Shown piece after piece: positions 61,430 to 64,000 of a stretch of 64,000 bases of DNA (the stretch's first letter is position 1; every line of letters begins with the position of its first letter). This DNA is from Candidatus Binatia bacterium (GTDB lineage: Bacteria > Desulfobacterota > Binatia > Bin18), in the NCBI GenBank assembly GCA_963666315.2, contig CAXXHG010000022.1, forward strand, positions 1 to 64,000. The letters are read 5' to 3'. The notes beneath the pieces were generated by a model that was given only the letters and a program-made list of their open reading frames with translations, was not told the origin of the DNA and did not search any database. Both the position numbers and the translations under genes were made by a program.

Positions 61430-61536
61430 TGTCCTTCTCCTTTGTCCCTTTTTGTGGGTGCGTTCGGTTCTGTCAGATTTCATGCCAGTTGGCTATCCCT
61501 GTTTGGATGCCATATAAACAGTTCAAGGAGTACGCC

Positions 61537-62019
61537 ATGCAACGCCTCGCCAACAAAATTGCTCTGGTCACCGGCGCCAGCAAAGGCATCGGAAAGGCTA
61601 CGCTGTGGCGGCAGGTCGTCGAGGTGAACCTGACCGCAGCGGCGCTGCTGACCAAGACCGTGCTGCCGTCTATGATAGCTCAGCGCTCGGGCAAGATCCT
61701 CAACATCTCCAGCCGCGGGGGTCGCAAGGGCGGCAAGGGCCGCAGTGCCTATCGGGTGACAAAGGCCGGCTTGATCAGCCTGACCGAGAGCGTGGCGGCT
61801 GAAGTCCAGCCATACGGCATCAGGGTCAACTGTATCTGTCCGGGTGGGGTGGATACCGAAGGCTACCGCGAAGCCTTTGGGAGTCGCAGGAACCGAGAAC
61901 TGATGCGGCCTGAAGAGATTGCAGAAGTGGCGGTGTTCCTGGCCTCGGAGGCCAGCTCTGCGATCAGCGGTGCGACAATCGATGCGTTCGGGGGGACCGA
62001 GCCCGCGGTTCATCGATAA
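61537..62019 (+). pseudogene. SDR oxidoreductase with a large in-frame internal deletion
   Basis: TGASKGIGKA is joined directly to WRQVVEVNL; the NNAG region is missing; YRVTK is retained. Confidence 0.8.
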
Positions 62020-62109
62020 TCATGGCAAGACACGAATGAATAAGGTTGCTGGCAGAGCCGTGAAAAAACCTTAGCGCGGGTTCGTTTAGGATTTCTGCTT
62101 CGATTTGCA

Positions 62110-62680
62110 GTGGGTTTTGTTTTGTCAGGCTTCCTTATCCCGCTTGCGCCAGCGAAAGGAGAAACGCAGAAAGGGCGAAACCCTCTTTACACCATTGCCT
62201 TTACCTCTCTTGTTCCCTGGGATTTGGATGTGTTTCTTGCCCATGCGGACGGTTCGGAGCCCGCACCCCTCCTGTCACATCCAGCCCTTGACTACAATGC
62301 GGCTTTCTTGCCGGATGGGAAGTGTGTTGTTTTCACCTCACACCGAGCTGGCAATGCCGACCTCTATCGGGCTCGTCTTGATGGCAGTGGCCTTGAGCGC
62401 CTCACCGATCATCCGGCCTTTGATGACGCAGCAGCCTTCTCGCCCGATAGTCAGCGGATGGCGTTCGTCTCAAGTCGCTCCGGACAGGCCGATATCTGGG
62501 TGCGAGACTTAGAGAGTCGAAAAACGTGGAATGTGACGGACGCACCCGGTGGGACTTTCGCCCAGCGTGGTCGCCGGACGGTCAGTGGCTCGCCTTCTCT
62601 TCCAATCGCGGTATGTGGAGGGAGAGCGATATTTACATCATCCGCCTTGATGGGCGGGTATGGTTTGTGGCTCCACTGAA
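62110..62680 (+). pseudogene. TolB-like PD40-repeat protein, frameshifted and truncated
   Basis: FLPDG..VVFTS.R.G, FSPDS..MAFVSSRSG and WSPDGQWLAFSSNR (last blade in a shifted frame near 62553). Confidence 0.75.
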
Positions 62681-62886
62681 AACCCAGGCAACGATTCTCC
62701 GCCCAGAACAATTTTTGGCGGCCCCATCTGTATCGGGAAAAGTTTCCGCAAGAGCGCCCTATTGAACTCTCCTCTCAACTGGAGGCGCGCAACCAGGCTC
62801 AGGAGGCGGCCGGACGGCTGGTATTTGAGGAGAATGATAACAGCGGCTGAGCAAAGCAGGCAGGCGTCTTCGGGAATAGGAGAGCG

Positions 62887-63957
62887 CTAGGGGCGGGAAA
62901 GAAACACTTGGTGATACGGATTCTTGATGGGCAGCTTCTCGAACGTGGCGAACCCCGCCTCCACGGCTAGGCTGCGCGCCAGATTCTCGCCGATAGCAGA
63001 GCCCAGGCCCTCGCCGTTTTGAGCCAACGACACTGTTAGGCAGTGCATCGTGCTGGCGCCGTACAGGGTGCGCCCGAACGTATTGAGATTGTCCTCAAGC
63101 TGGTCGGATACCTCAGCTTCCGACCACAGAAAAGCGCCGTTGGGCTTCAACACGCGGCGAATACCAGCCAGCGCCGCCCGCGGCTGCGCCATGTCGTGAA
63201 TGCAATTGAAGGCCATGACCACGTCAAACCGCTCCTCGAAGGGGAGACTTTCTGCCGCAATCTGCTCAAAAGAAAGGCGGTCGCCAATCCCCGCTCGTTT
63301 GGCTTTCTCCCGAGCCCGCTCAAGCGAAGCCGCATCAACATCGTAACCGCGGAATCGTGCTGTGGGGAACGCAGCAGCGACCGGAATGAGACATTGCCCA
63401 GCGCCGCAGCCGACTTCCGCCGCCTCGCCGCCGTGCTCCAGTGTCTGCTGAATATCCGGTACCGCCGGAATCCACTGATCAGCCACCCACGTCTCATAGC
63501 CGACGTGGAACAGGCGCTCGATAGCTTCGACTATGTCTGGGCCGAAATCGGTAAATGGTACCCCGCCGCCGTTTTGAAAGACGTTCATCAGCTTATCCAG
63601 CTGTCGATAGCAGGCGACGGCGTACTGGAACGCCCCCGCCGTGAAGAAGGTTGTGTCTTCGTTTGCCAGGACCATGGCCTGCTCGGGGTTCATCCGGAAC
63701 CTGCCCTCCGCCGGGCTGTAGTCGAGATAGCCGGCCGCCGCCATTGTGGCCGCCCATTCGCGTACGTAGCGCTCGGTCAGCCCAGTTTGCGTCGCGATTT
63801 CTGCCGTGGTCAGAGCCGTGCCTGGCGCCAGCGCTTTGAACAGGCCCAAGCGATCTCCCACATATGCCAGCGCAACCGTCATGGCCGCCCCGAAGTCGGT
63901 GCCGACCTGGCGGGCAAGCGCGGCGACTTTTTTCCGATCGTATCCATCGGAGTCCAT
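62887..63957 (-). CDS. Class I SAM-dependent methyltransferase with N-terminal wHTH (Rv2258c-like)
   Basis: GDRLGLF, ERYVREW, EVGCGAG, CIHDM and STMHCLTVSLA. Confidence 0.9.
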   Translation of the reverse strand: MDSDGYDRKKVAALARQVGTDFGAAMTVALAYVGDRLGLFKALAPGTALTTAEIATQTGLTERYVREWAATMAAAGYLDYSPAEGRFRMNPEQAMVLANEDTTFFTAGAFQYAVACYRQLDKLMNVFQNGGGVPFTDFGPDIVEAIERLFHVGYETWVADQWIPAVPDIQQTLEHGGEAAEVGCGAGQCLIPVAAAFPTARFRGYDVDAASLERAREKAKRAGIGDRLSFEQIAAESLPFEERFDVVMAFNCIHDMAQPRAALAGIRRVLKPNGAFLWSEAEVSDQLEDNLNTFGRTLYGASTMHCLTVSLAQNGEGLGSAIGENLARSLAVEAGFATFEKLPIKNPYHQVFLSRP

Positions 63958-64000
63958 GCTGCTATCCCCTCTCACTCACTGTGTTCACAGCGAGAACCCT

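Noticed and set aside
1-64000. CRISPR array, cas genes, rRNA or intact prophage
   Set aside because: No regularly spaced repeat-spacer pattern and no recognisable cas, rRNA, integrase or virion genes were seen.

Overview
GC-rich bacterial DNA with almost no housekeeping genes, transporters or intact regulators. It is a mosaic of catabolic and redox enzyme genes: SDRs, amidohydrolases, LLM/F420-type oxidoreductases, Rieske oxygenases, CoA-transferases, VOC, cupin and BNR-propeller proteins, a copper amine oxidase and a TauD-like dioxygenase. Gene content and repeat types resemble sponge-symbiont-type Binatia/Tectomicrobia genomes (inference only). The most notable locus is a four-gene operon at 20697-23717. 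It encodes a carbazole-dioxygenase (CarAa)-like Rieske oxygenase, a CarC-like meta-cleavage hydrolase, a cysteine-free AhpD-fold partner, and an AhpD/CMD-like protein. The ORF track splits that last gene in two, but it reads through an in-frame TGA in a C-x-x-U motif followed by a bacterial SECIS-like hairpin, so it is a probable selenoprotein. Region ~26.7-36.1 kb is a decayed island with PD-(D/E)xK nuclease, COR-TIR, NACHT and XRE fragments, two half-tRNA att-like relics, an IS6 remnant and adenylate-cyclase chimeras. About 15 genes in the window carry nonsense, frameshift or truncation lesions, and several more have substitutions at conserved residues. All family calls come from recognising motifs by eye; no database search was run.
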